Shown one piece after another: positions 15,001 to 30,000 of a DNA stretch of 64,000 nt. The notes beneath the pieces were generated by a model. That model was not told where the DNA came from. It searched no databases and was given only the letters and a program-made list of their open reading frames with translations. Source of the DNA: Eledone cirrhosa (Eukaryota); the NCBI GenBank assembly GCA_964016885.1, contig OZ024740.1, positions 403,868,001 to 403,932,000 of the forward strand, in the 5' to 3' direction. The translations under genes and the position numbers were made by a program. Position 1 is the stretch's first letter; each line of letters begins with the position of its first letter.

Positions 15001-18000
15001 GTGTAAGTGAAGACAAATTTATTTTTATTTGTTTTGTGCATTGAAATAAAGTGTACGTGAAGGCAAAATTATTTTTATTTGTTTTATGTATTAAAATAAA
15101 GTGTACGTGAAGGCAAATATTTTTATTTGTTTAATGTATTAAAATAAAGTGTACGTGAAGACAAATTTATTTTTATTTGTTTTGTGTATTAAAATAAAGT
15201 GTACGTGAAGACAAATTTATTTTTATTTGTTTTGTGTATTAAAATAAAGTGTACGTGAAGACAAATTTATTTTTATTTGTTTTATGTATTAAAATAAAGT
15301 GTACGTGAAGACAAATTTATTTTTATTTGTTTTATGTATTAAAATAAAGTGTACGTGAAGGCAAATATTTTTATTTGTTTAATGTATTAAAATAAAGTGT
15401 ACGTGAAGACAAATTTATTTTTATTTGTTTTGTGTATTAAAATAAAGTGTACGTGAAGACAAATTTATTTTTATTTGTTTTATGTATTAAAATAAAGTGT
15501 ACGTGAAGACAAATTTATTTTTATATTTTTTATGTTTTAAAATAAAGTGTACGTGAAGACAAATTTATTTTTATTTGTTTTATGTATTAAAATAAAGTGT
15601 ACGTGAAGAAAAATTTATTTTTATTTGTTTTGTGTATTAAAATAAAGTGTACGTGAAGACAAATATATTTTTATTTGTTTTGTGTATTAAAATAAAGTGT
15701 ACGTGAAGACAAATTTATTTTTATTTGTTTTATGTATTAAAATAAAGTGTACGTGAAGAAAAATTTATTTTTATTTGTTTTGTGTATTAAAATAAAGTGT
15801 ACGTGAAGACAAATATATTTTTATTTGTTTTGTGTATTAAAATAAAGTGTACGTGAAGACAAATTTATTTTTATTTGTTTTATGTATTAAAATAAAGTGT
15901 ACGTGAAGACAAATTTATTTTTATATTTTTTATGTTTTAAAATAAAGTGTACGTGAAGACAAATTTATTTTTATTTGTTTTATGTATTAAAATAAAGTGT
16001 ACGTGAAGACAAATTTATTTTTATTTATTTTATGTATTAAAATAAAGTGTACGTGAAAACAAATTTATTTTTATTTGTTTTATGTATTAAAATAAAGTGT
16101 AAGTGAAGACAAATTTATTTTTATTTGTTTTGTGCATTGAAATAAAGTGTACGTGAAGGCAAAATTATTTTTATTTGTTTTATGTATTAAAATAAAGTGT
16201 ACGTGAAGACAAATTTATTTTTATTTGTTTTATGTATTAAAATAAAGTGTACATGAAGACAAATTTACATTTATTTGTTTTATGTATTAAAATAAAGTGT
16301 ACGTGAAGACAAATTTATTTTTATTCGTTTTATGTATTAAAATAAAGTGTACGTGAAGACAAATTTATTTTTATTTGTTTTATGCATTAAAATAAAGTGT
16401 ACGTGAAGACAAATTTATTTTTATTTGTTTTATGTATTAAAATAAAGTGTACGTGAAGGCAAATATTTTTATTTGTTTAATGTATTAAAATAAAGTGTAC
16501 GTGAAGACAAATTTATTTTTATTTGTTTTATGTATTAAAATAAAGTGTACGTGAAGGCAAATATTTTTATTTGTTTAATGTATTAAAATAAAGTGTACGT
16601 GAAGACAAATTTATTTTTATTTGTTTTGTGTATTAAAATAAAGTGTACGTGAAGACAAATTTATTTTTATTTGTTTTATGTATTAAAATAAAGTGTACGT
16701 GAAGACAAATTTATTTTTATTTGTTTTATGTATTAAAATAAAGTGTACGTGAAGTCAAATTTATTTTTATTTATTTTATGTATTAAAATAAAGTGTACGT
16801 GAAAACAAATTTATTTTTATTTGTTTTATGTATTAAAATAAAGTGTAAGTGAAGACAAATTTATTTTTATTTGTTTTGTGCATTGAAATAAAGTGTACGT
16901 GAAGGCAAAATTATTTTTATTTGTTTTATGTATTAAAATAAAGTGTACGTGAAGACAAATTTATTTTTATTTGTTTTATGTATTAAAATAAAGTTCACGT
17001 GAAGACAAATTTACATTTATTTGTTTTATGTATTAAAATAAAGTGTACGTGAAGACAAATTTATTTTTATTCGTTTTATGTATTAAAATAAAGTGTACGT
17101 GAAGACAAATTTATTTTTATTTGTTTTATGTATTAAAATAAAGTGTACGTGAAGACAAATTTATTTTTATTCGTTTTATGTATTAAAATAAAGTGTACGT
17201 GAAGACAAATTTATTTTTATTTGTTTTATGTATTAAAATAAAGTGTACGTGAATACAAATTTATTTTTATTTGTTTTATGTATTAAAATAAAGTGTACGT
17301 GAAGGCAAATATTTTTATTTGTTTAATGTATTAAAATAAAGTGTACGTGAAGACAAATTTATTTTTATTTGTTTTATGTATTAAAATAAAGTGTACGTGA
17401 AGACAAATTTATTTTTATTTATTTTATGTATTAAAATAAAGTGTACGTGAAGACAAATTTATTTTTATTTGTTTTGTGTATTAAAATAAAGTGTACGTGA
17501 AGACAAATTTATTTTTATTTGTTTTATGTATTAAAATAAAGTGTACGTGAAGACAAATTTATTTTTATTTGTTTTATGTATTAAAATAAAGTGTACGTGA
17601 AGACAAATTTATTTTTATTTATTTTATGTATTAAAATAAAGTGTACGTGAAAACAAATTTATTTTATTTGTTTTATGTATTAAAATAAAGTGTAAGTGAA
17701 GACAAATTTATTTTTATTTGTTTTGTGCATTGAAATAAAGTGTACGTGAAGGCAAAATTATTTTTATTTGTTTTATGTATTAAAATAAAGTGTACGTGAA
17801 GGCAAATATTTTTATTTGTTTAATGTATTAAAATAAAGTGTACGTGAAGACAAATTTATTTTTATTTGTTTTGTGTATTAAAATAAAGTGTACGTGAAGA
17901 CAAATTTATTTTTATTTGTTTTGTGTATTAAAATAAAGTGTACGTGAAGACAAATTTATTTTTATTTGTTTTATGTATTAAAATAAAGTGTACGTGAAGA

Positions 18001-21000
18001 CAAATTTATTTTTATTTGTTTTATGTATTAAAATAAAGTGTACGTGAAGGCAAATATTTTTATTTGTTTAATGTATTAAAATAAAGTGTACGTGAAGACA
18101 AATTTATTTTTATTTGTTTTGTGTATTAAAATAAAGTGTACGTGAAGACAAATTTATTTTTATTTGTTTTATGTATTAAAATAAAGTGTACGTGAAGACA
18201 AATTTATTTTTATATTTTTTATGTTTTAAAATAAAGTGTACGTGAAGACAAATTTATTTTTATTTGTTTTATGTATTAAAATAAAGTGTACGTGAAGAAA
18301 AATTTATTTTTATTTGTTTTGTGTATTAAAATAAAGTGTACGTGAAGACAAATATATTTTTATTTGTTTTGTGTATTAAAATAAAGTGTACGTGAAGACA
18401 AATTTATTTTTATTTGTTTTATGTGTTAAAATAAAGTGTACGTGAAGACAAATTTATTTTTATTTATTTTGTGTATTAAAATAAAGTGTACGTGAAGACA
18501 AATTTATTTTTATTTGTTTTATGTATTAAAATAAAGCGTACGTGAAGACAAATTTATTTTTATTTGTTTTATGTATTAAAATAAAGTGTACGTGAAGACA
18601 AATTTATTTTTATTTGTTTTATGTATTAAAATAAAGTGTACGTGAAGACAAATTTATTTTTATTTATTTTATGTATTAAAATAAAGTGTACGTGAAAACA
18701 AATTTATTTTTATTTGTTTTATGTATTAAAATAAAGTGTACGTGAAGACAAATTTATTTTTATTTGTTTTATGTATTAAAATAAAGTGTACGTGAAGGCA
18801 AATATTTTTATTTGTTTAATGTATTAAAATAAAGTGTACGTGAAGACAAATTTATTTTTATTTGTTTTATGTATTAAAATAAAGTGTACGTGAAGGCAAA
18901 TATTTTTATTTGTTTAATGTATTAAAATAACGTGTACGTGAAGACAAATTTATTTTTATTTGTTTTGTGTATTAAAATAAAATGTACGTGAAGACAAATG
19001 TATTTTTATTTGTTTTGTGTATTAAAATAAAGTGTACGTGAAGACAAATTTATTTTTATTTGTTTTATGTATTAAAATAAAGTGTACGTGAAGACAAATT
19101 TATTTTTATTTGTTTTATGTATTAAAATAAAGTGTACGTGAAGACAAATTTATTTTTATTTATTTTATGTATTAAAATAAAGTGTACGTGAAAACAAATT
19201 TATTTTTATTTGTTTTATGTATTAAAATAAAGTGTAAGTGAAGACAAATTTATTTTTATTTGTTTTGTGCATTGAAATAAAGTGTACGTGAAGGCAAAAT
19301 TATTTTTATTTGTTTTATGTATTAAAATAAAGTGTACGTGAAGACAAATTTATTTTTATTTGTTTTATGTATTAAAATAAAGTTCACGTGAAGACAAATT
19401 TACATTTATTTGTTTTATGTATTAAAATAAAGTGTACGTGAAGACAAATTTATTTTTATTCGTTTTATGTATTAAAATAAAGTGTACGTGAAGACAAATT
19501 TATTTTTATTTGTTTTATGTATTAAAATAAAGTGTACGTGAAGACAAATTTATTTTTATTCGTTTTATGTATTAAAATAAAGTGTACGTGAAGACAAATT
19601 TATTTTTATTTGTTTTATGTATTAAAATAAAGTGTACGTGAAGACAAATTTATTTTTATTTGTTTTATGTATTAAAATAAAGTGTACGTGAAGGCAAATA
19701 TTTTTATTTGTTTAATGTATTAAAATAAAGTGTACGTGAAGACAAATTTATTTTTATTTGTTTTATGTATTAAAATAAAGTGTACGTGAAGGCAAATATT
19801 TTTATTTGTTTAATGTATTAAAATAAAGTGTACGTGAAGACAAATTTATTTTTATTTGTTTTGTGTATTAAAATAAAGTGTACGTGAAGACAAATTTATT
19901 TTTATTTGTTTTGTGTATTAAAATAAAGTGTACGTGAAGACAAATTTATTTTTATTTGTTTTATGTATTAAAATAAAGTGTACGTGAAGACAAATTTATT
20001 TTTATTTGTTTTATGTATTAAAATAAAGTGTACGTGAAGACAAATTTATTTTTATTTATTTTATGTATTAAAATAAAGTGTACCTGAAAACAAATTTATT
20101 TTTATTTGTTTTATGTATTAAAGTAAAGTGTAAGTGAAGACAAATTTATTTTTATTTGTTTTGTGCATTGAAATAAAGTGTACGTGAAGGCAAAATTATT
20201 TTTATTTGTTTTATGTATTAAAATAAAGTGTACGTGAAGACAAATTTATTTTTATATGTTTTATGTATTAAAATAAAGTTCACGTGAAGACAAATTTACA
20301 TTTATTTGTTTTATGTATTAAAATAAAGTGTACGTGAAGACAAATTTATTTTTATTCGTTTTATGTATTAAAATAAAGTGTACGTGAAGACAAATTTATT
20401 TTTATTTGTTTTATGTATTAAAATAAAGTGTACGTGAAGGCAAATATTTTTATTTGTTTAATGTATTAAAATAAAGTGTACGTGAAGACAAATTTATTTT
20501 TATTTGTTTTGTGTATTAAAATAAAGTGTACGTGAAGACAAATTTATTTTTATTTGTTTTATGTGTTAAAATAAAGTGTACGTGAAGACAAATTTATTTT
20601 TATTTATTTTGTGTATTAAAATAATGTGTACGTGAAGACAAATTTATTTTTATTTGTTTTATGTATTAAAATAAAGTGTACGTGAAGACAAATTTATTTT
20701 TATTTGTTTTATGTATTAAAATAAAGTGTACGTGAAGACAAATTTATTTTTATTTGTTTTATGTATTAAAATAAAGTGTACGTGAAGACAAATTTATTTT
20801 TATTTATTTTATGTATTAAAATAAAGTGTACGTGAAAACAAATTTATTTTTATTTGTTTTATGTATTAAAATAAAGTGTAAGTGAAGACAAATTTATTTT
20901 TATTTGTTTTGTGCATTGAAATAAAGTGTACGTGAAGGCAAAATTATTTTTATTTGTTTTATGTATTAAAATAAAGTGTACGTGAAGACAAATTTATTTT

Positions 21001-24000
21001 TATTTGTTTTATGTATTAAAATAAAGTGTACATGAAGACAAATTTACATTTATTTGTTTTATGTATTAAAATAAAGTGTACGTGAAGACAAATTTATTTT
21101 TATTCGTTTTATGTATTAAAATAAAGTGTACGTGAAGACAAATTTATTTTTATTTGTTTTATGTATTAAAATAAAGTGTACGTGAAGACAAATTTATTTT
21201 TATTTGTTTTATGTATTAAAATAAAGTGTACGTGAAGGCAAATATTTTTATTTGTTTAATATATTAAAATAAAGTGTACGTGAAGACAAATTTATTTTTA
21301 TTTGTTTTGTGTATTAAAATAAAGTGTACGTGAAGACAAATTTATTTTTATTTGTTTTATGTATTAAAATAAAGTGTACGTGAAGACAAATTTATTTTTA
21401 TATTTTTTATGTTTTAAAATAAAGTGTACGTGAAGACAAATTTATTTTTATTTGTTTTATGTATTAAAATAAAGTGTACGTGAAGACAAATATATTTTTA
21501 TTTGTTTTGTGTATTACAATAAAGTGTACGTGAAGACAAATTTATTTTTATTTGTTTTATGTGTTAAAATAAAGTGTACGTGTAGACAAATTTATTTTTA
21601 TTTATTTTGTGTATTAAAATAAAGTGTACGTGAAGACAAATTTATTTTTATTTGTTTTATGTGTTAAAATAAAGTGTACGTGAAGACAAATTTATTTTTA
21701 TTTGTTTTATGTATTAAAATAAAGTGTACGTGAAGACACATTTATTTTTATTTGTTTTATGTTTTAAAATATGTGTACGTGAAGGCAAATATTTTTATTT
21801 GTTTGATGTATTAAAATAAAGTGTACGTGAAGACAAATTTATTTTTATTTGTTTTGTGTATTAAAATAAAGTGTACGTGAAGACAAATTTATTTTTATTT
21901 GTTTTATTTATTAAAATAAAGTGTATGTGAAGACAAATTTATTTTTATTTGTTTTGTGTATTAAAATAAAGTGTACGTGAAGACAAATTTATTTTTATTT
22001 GTTTTATTTATTAAAATAAAGTGTACGTGAAGACAAATTTATTTTTATTTGTTTTATGTATTAAAATAAAGTGTACGTGAAGACAAATTTATTTTTATTT
22101 GTTTTATGTATTAAAATAAATTGTACGTGAAGACAAATTTATTTTTATTTGTTTTATGTATTAAAATAAAGTGTACGTGAAGACTAATTTATATTTATTT
22201 GTTTTATGTATTAAAATAAAGTGTACGTGAAGACAAATTTATTTTTATTTGTTTTATGTATTAAAATAAAGTGTACGTGAAGACAAATTTATTTTTATTT
22301 GTTTTATGTATTAAAATAAAGTGTACGTGAAGACAAATTTATTTTTAATTGTTTTATGTATTAAAATAAAGTGTACGTGAAGACAAATTTATTTTTATTT
22401 GTTTTATGTATTAAAATAAAGTGTACGTGAAGACAAATTTATTTTTATTTGTTTTATGTATTAGAATAAAGTGTACGTGAAGACAAATTTATTTTTATTT
22501 GTTTTGTGTATTAAAATAAAGTGTACGTGAAGACAAATTTATTTTTATTTGTTTTATGTATTAAAATAAAGTGTACGTGAAGGCAAATTTATTTTTGTTT
22601 GTTTTATGTATTAAAATAAAGTGTACGTGAAGACAAATTTATTTTTATTTGTTTTGTGTATTAAAATAAAGTGTACGTGAAGACAAATTTATTTTTATTT
22701 GTTTTGTGTATTAAAATAAAGTGTACGTGAAGACAAATTTATTTTTATTTGTTTTATGTATTAAAATAAAGTGTACGTGAAGACAAATTTATTTTTTTTT
22801 TGTTTTATGTATTAAAATAAAGTGTACGTGAAGACAAATTTATTTTTATTTGTTTTATGTATTAAAATAAAGTGTACGTGAAGACAAATTTGTTTTTATT
22901 TGTGTTGTGTATTAAAATAAAGTGTACGTGAAGACAAATTTATTTTTATTTGTTTTGTGTATTAAAATAAAGTGTACGTGAAGACAAATTTATTTTTATT
23001 TGTTTTATGTATTAAAATAAAGTGTACGTGAACACACATTTATTTTTATTTGTTTTATGTATTAAAATAAAGTGTACGTGAAGACACATTTATTTTTCTT
23101 TGTTTTATGTATTAAAATAAAGCGTACGTGAAGGCAAATTTATTTTTATTTGTTTTATGTATTAAAATAAAGTGTACGTGAAGACAAATTTGTTTTTATT
23201 TGTGTTGTGTATTAAAATAAAGTGTACGTGAAGACAAATTTATTTTTATTTGTTTTGTGTATTAAAATAAAGTGTACGTGAAGACAAATTTATTTTTATT
23301 TGTTTTATGTATTAAAATAAAGTGTACGTGAACACACATTTATTTTTATTTTTTTTATGTATTAAAATAAAGTGTACGTGAAGACAAATTTATTTTTATT
23401 TGTTTTGTGTATTAAAATATAGTGTACGTGAAGACAAATTTATTTTTATTTGTTTTACGTATTAAAATAAAGTGTACGTGAAACAAATTTATTTTTATTT
23501 GTTTTGTGTATTAAAAGAAAGTGTACGTGAAGACAAATTTATTTTTATTTGTTTTATGTATTAAAATAAAGTGTACGTGAAGACAAATTTATTTTTATTT
23601 GTTTTATGTATTAAAATAAAGTGTACGTGAAGACAAATTTATTTTTATTTGTTTTATGTATTAAAATAAAGTGTACGTGAAGACTAATTTATATTTATTT
23701 GTTTTATGTATTAAAATAAAGTGTACGTGAAGACAAATTTATTTTTATTTGTTTTATGTATTAAAATAAAGTGTACGTGAAGACAAATTTATTTTTATTT
23801 GTTTTATGTATTAGAATACAGTGTACGTGAAGACAAATTTATTTTTATTTGTTTTATGTATTAAAATAAAGTGTACGTGAAGACAAATTTATTTTTATTT
23901 GTTTTATGTATTAAAATAAAGTGTACGTGAAGACTAATATATTTTTATTTGTTTTATGTATTAAAATAAAGTGTACGTGAAGACAAATTTGTTTTTATTT

Positions 24001-27000
24001 GTGTTGTGTATTAAATTAAAGTGTACGTGAAGACAAATTTATTTTTATTTGTTTTGTGTATTAAAATAAAGTGTACGTGAAGACAAATTTATTTTTATTT
24101 GTTTTATGTATTAAAATAAAGTGTACGTGAACACACATTTATTTTTATTTTTTTTATGTATTAAAATAAAGTGTACGTGAAGACAAATTTATTTTTATTT
24201 GTTTTGTGTATTAAAATATAGTGTACGTGAAGACAAATTTATTTTTATTTGTTTTACGTATTAAAATAAAGTGTACGTGAAACAAATTTATTTTTATTTG
24301 TTTTGTGTATTAAAAGAAAGTGTACGTGAAGACAAATTTATTTTTATTTGTTTTATGTATTAAAATAAAGTGTACGTGAAGACAAATTTATTTTTATTTG
24401 TTTTATGTATTAAAATAAAGTGTACGTGAAGACAAATTTATTTTTATTTGTTTTATGTATTAAAATAAAGTGTACGTGAAGACTAATTTATATTTATTTG
24501 TTTTATGTATTAAAATAAAGTGTACGTGAAGACAAATTTATTTTTATTTGTTTTATGTATTAAAATAAAGTGTACGTGAAGACAAATTTATTTTTATTTG
24601 TTTTATGTATTAGAATAAAGTGTACGTGAAGACAAATTTATTTTTATTTGTTTTATGTATTAAAATAAAGTGTACGTGAAGACAAATTTATTTTTATTTG
24701 TTTTATGTATTAAAATAAAGTGTACGTGAAGACAAATTTATTTTTAATTGTTTTATGTATTAGAATAAAGTGTACGTGAAGAGAAATTTATTTTTATTTG
24801 TTTTGTGTATTAAAATAAAGTGTACGTGAAGACAAATTTATTTTTATTTGTTTTAAGTATTAAAATAAAGTGTACGTGAAGACAAATTTATTTCTATTTT
24901 TTTTATGTATTAAAATAAAGTGTACGTGAAGACAAATTTATTTTTATTTGTTTTATGTATTAAAATAATGTGTACGTGAAGACAAATTTATTTTTATTTG
25001 TTTTATGTATTAAAATAAAGTGTACGTGAAGACATTTATTTTTATTTGTTTTATGTATTAAAATAAGTGTACGTGAAGGCAAATATTTTTATTTGTTTAA
25101 TGTATTAAAATAAAGTGTACGTGAAGACAAACTTATTTTTATTTGTTTTATGTATTAAAATAAAGTGTACGTGAAGACAAATTTATTTTTATTTGTTTTA
25201 TGTATTAAAATAAAGTGTACGTGAAGACAAATTTATTTTTATTTGTTTTATGTATTAAAATAAAGTGTACGTGAAGACAAATTTATTTTTATTTGTTTTA
25301 TGTATTAAAATAAAGTGTACGTGAAGACAAATTTATTTTTATTTGTTTTATGTATTAAAATAAAGTGTACGTGAAGACAAATTTATTTTTATTTGTTTTA
25401 TGTATTAAAATAAAGTGTACGTGAAGACTAATTTATTTTTATTTGTTTTATGTATTAAAATAAAGTGTACGTGAAGACACATTTATTTTTCTTTGTTTTA
25501 TGTATTAAAATAAAGCGTACGTGAAGGCAAATTTATTTTTATTTGTTTTATGTATTAAAATAAAGTGTACGTGAAGACAAATTTGTTTTTATTTGTGTTG
25601 TGTATTAAAATAAAGTGTACGTGAAGACAAATTTATTTTTATTTGTTTTGTGTATTAAAATAAAGTGTACGTGAAGACAAATTTATTTTTATTTGTTTTA
25701 TGTATTAAAATAAAGTGTACGTGAACACACATTTATTTTTATTTTTTTTATGTATTAAAATAAAGTGTACGTGAAGACAAATTTATTTTTATTTGTTTTG
25801 TGTATTAAAATATAGTGTACGTGAAGACAAATTTATTTTTATTTGTTTTACGTATTAAAATAAAGTGTACGTGAAACAAATTTATTTTTATTTGTTTTGT
25901 GTATTAAAAGAAAGTGTACGTGAAGACAAATTTATTTTTATTTGTTTTATGTATTAAAATAAAGTGTACGTGAAGACAAATTTATTTTTATTTGTTTTAT
26001 GTATTAAAATAAAGTGTACGTGAAGACAAATATATTTTTATTTGTTTTATGTATTAAAATAAAGTGTACGTGAAGACTAATTTATATTTATTTGTTTTAT
26101 GTATTAAAATAAAGTGTACGTGAAGACAAATTTATTTTTATTTGTTTTATGTATTAAAATAAAGTGTACGTGAAGACAAATTTATTTTTATTTGTTTTAT
26201 GTATTAGAATAAAGTGTACGTGAAGACAAATTTATTTTTATTTGTTTTATGTATTAAAATAAAGTGTACGTGAAGACAAATTTATTTTTATTTGTTTTAT
26301 GTATTAAAATAAAGTGTACGTGAAGACAAATTTATTTTTAATTGTTTTATGTATTAGAATAAAGTGTACGTGAAGAGAAATTTATTTTTATTTGTTTTGT
26401 GTATTAAAATAAAGTGTACGTGAAGACAAATTTATTTTTATTTGTTTTAAGTATTAAAATAAAGTGTACGTGAAGACAAATTTATTTCTATTTTTTTTAT
26501 GTATTAAAATAAAGTGTACGTGAAGACAAATTTATTTTTATTTGTTTTATGTATTAAAATAATGTGTACGTGAAGACAAATTTATTTTTATTTGTTTTAT
26601 GTATTAAAATAAAGTGTACGTGAAGACATTTATTTTTATTTGTTTTATGTATTAAAATAAGTGTACGTGAAGGCAAATATTTTTATTTGTTTAATGTATT
26701 AAAATAAAGTGTACGTGAAGACAAACTTATTTTTATTTGTTTTATGTATTAAAATAAAGTGTACGTGAAGACAAATTTATTTTTATTTGTTTTATGTATT
26801 AAAATAAAGTGTACGTGAAGACAAATTTTTTTTTATTTGTTTTATGTATTAAAATAAAGTGTACGTGAAGACAAATTTATTTTTATTTGTTTTATGTATT
26901 AAAATAAAGTGTACGTGAAGACAAATTTATTTTTATTTGTTTTATGTATTAAAATAAAGTGTACGTGAAGACAAATTTATTTTTATTTGTTTTATGTATT

Positions 27001-30000
27001 AAAATAAAGTGTACGTGAAGACAAATTTATTTTTATTTGTTTTATGTATTAGAATAAAGTGTACGTGAAGACAAATTTATTTTTATTTGTTTTGTGTATT
27101 AAAATAAAGTGTACGTGAAGACAAATTTATTTTTATTTGTTTTATGTATTAAAATAAAGTGTACGTGAAGGCAAATTTATTTTTATTTGTTTTATGTATT
27201 AAAATAAAGTGTACGTGAAGACAAATTTATTTTTATTTGTTTTGTGTATTAAAATAAAGTGTACGTGAAGACAAATTTATTTTTATTTGTTTTGTGTATT
27301 AAAATAAAGTGTACGTGAAGACAAATTTATTTTTATTTGTTTTATGTATTAAAATAAAGTGTACGTGAAGACAAATTTATTTTTTTTTTGTTTTATGTAT
27401 TAAAATAAAGTGTACGTGAAGACAAATTTATTTTTATTTGTTTTATGTATTAAAATAAAGTGTACGTGAAGACAAATTTGTTTTTATTTGTGTTGTGTAT
27501 TAAAATAAAGTGTACGTGAAGACAAATTTATCTTTATTTGTTTTGTGTATTAAAATAAAGTGTACGTGAAGACAAATTTATTTTTATTTGTTTTATGTAT
27601 TAAAATAAAGTGTACGTGAACACACATTTATTTTTATTTGTTTTATGTATTAAAATAAAGTGTACGTGAAGACACATTTATTTTTCTTTGTTTTATGTAT
27701 TAAAATAAAGCGTACGTGAAGGCAAATTTATTTTTATTTGTTTTATGTATTAAAATAAAGTGTACGTGAAGATAAATTTGTTTTTATTTGTGTTGTGTAT
27801 TAAAATAAAGTGTACGTGAAGACAAATTTATTTTTATTTGTTTTGTGTATTAAAATAAAGTGTACGTGAAGACAAATTTATTTTTATTTGTTTTATGTAT
27901 TAAAATAAAGTGTACGTGAACACACATTTATTTTTATTTGTTTTATGTATTAAAATAAAGTGTACGTGAAGACTAATTTATATTTATTTGTTTTATGTAT
28001 TAAAATAAAGTGTACGTGAAGACAAATTTATTTTTATTTGTTTTATGTATTAAAATAAAGTGTACGTGAAGACAAATTTATTTTTATTTGTTTTATGTAT
28101 TAGAATAAAGTGTACGTGAAGACAAATTTATTTTTATTTGTTTTATGTATTAAAATAAAGTGTACGTGAAGACAAATTTATTTTTATTTGTTTTATGTAT
28201 TAAAATAAAGTGTACGTGAAGACAAATTTATTTTTAATTGTTTTATGTATTAGAATAAAGTGTACGTGAAGAGAAATTTATTTTTATTTGTTTTATGTAT
28301 TAAAATAAAGTGTACGTGAAGACAAATTTATTTTTATTTGTTTTATGTATTAAAATAAAGTGTACGTGAAGACTAATTTATATTTATTTGTTTTATGTAT
28401 TAAAATAAAGTGTACGTGAAGACAAATTTATTTTTATTTGTTTTATGTATTAAAATAAAGTGTACGTGAAGACAAATTTATTTTTATTTGTTTTATGTAT
28501 TAGAATAAAGTGTACGTGAAGACAAATTTATTTTTATTTGTTTTATGTATTAAAATAAAGTGTACGTGAAGACAAATTTATTTTTATTTGTTTTATGTAT
28601 TAAAATAAAGTGTACGTGAAGACAAATTTATTTTTAATTGTTTTATGTATTAGAATAAAGTGTACGTGAAGAGAAATTTATTTTTATTTGTTTTGTGTAT
28701 TAAAATAAAGTGTACGTGAAGACAAATTTATTTTTATTTGTTTTAAGTATTAAAATAAAGTGTACGTGAAGACAAATTTATTTCTATTTTTTTTATGTAT
28801 TAAAATAAAGTGTACGTGAAGACAAATTTATTTTTATTTGTTTTATGTATTAAAATAATGTGTACGTGAAGACAAATTTATTTTTATTTGTTTTATGTAT
28901 TAAAATAAAGTGTACGTGAAGACATTTATTTTTATTTGTTTTATGTATTAAAATAAGTGTACGTGAAGGCAAATATTTTTATTTGTTTAATGTATTAAAA
29001 TAAAGTGTACGTGAAGACAAACTTATTTTTATTTGTTTTATGTATTAAAATAAAGTGTACGTGAAGACAAATTTATTTTTATTTGTTTTATGTATTAAAA
29101 TAAAGTGTACGTGAAGACAAATTTATTTTTATTTGTTTTATGTATTAAAATAAAGTGTACGTGAAGACAAATTTATTTTTATTTGTTTTATGTATTAAAA
29201 TAAAGTGTACGTGAAGACAAATTTATTTTTATTTGTTTTATGTATTAAAATAAAGTGTACGTGAAGACAAATTTATTTTTATTTGTTTTATGTATTAAAA
29301 TAAAGTGTACGTGAAGACTAATTTATTTTTATTTGTTTTATGTATTAAAATAAAGTGTACGTGAAGACACATTTATTTTTCTTTGTTTTATGTATTAAAA
29401 TAAAGCGTACGTGAAGGCAAATTTATTTTTATTTGTTTTATGTATTAAAATAAAGTGTACGTGAAGACAAATTTGTTTTTATTTGTGTTGTGTATTAAAA
29501 TAAAGTGTACGTGAAGACAAATTTATTTTTATTTGTTTTGTGTATTAAAATAAAGTGTACGTGAAGACAAATTTATTTTTATTTGTTTTATGTATTAAAA
29601 TAAAGTGTACGTGAACACACATTTATTTTTATTTTTTTTATGTATTAAAATAAAGTGTACGTGAAGACAAATTTATTTTTATTTGTTTTGTGTATTAAAA
29701 TATAGTGTACGTGAAGACAAATTTATTTTTATTTGTTTTACGTATTAAAATAAAGTGTACGTGAAACAAATTTATTTTTATTTGTTTTGTGTATTAAAAG
29801 AAAGTGTACGTGAAGACAAATTTATTTTTATTTGTTTTATGTATTAAAATAAAGTGTACGTGAAGACAAATTTATTTTTATTTGTTTTATGTATTAAAAT
29901 AAAGTGTACGTGAAGACAAATATATTTTTATTTGTTTTATGTATTAAAATAAAGTGTACGTGAAGACTAATTTATATTTATTTGTTTTATGTATTAAAAT

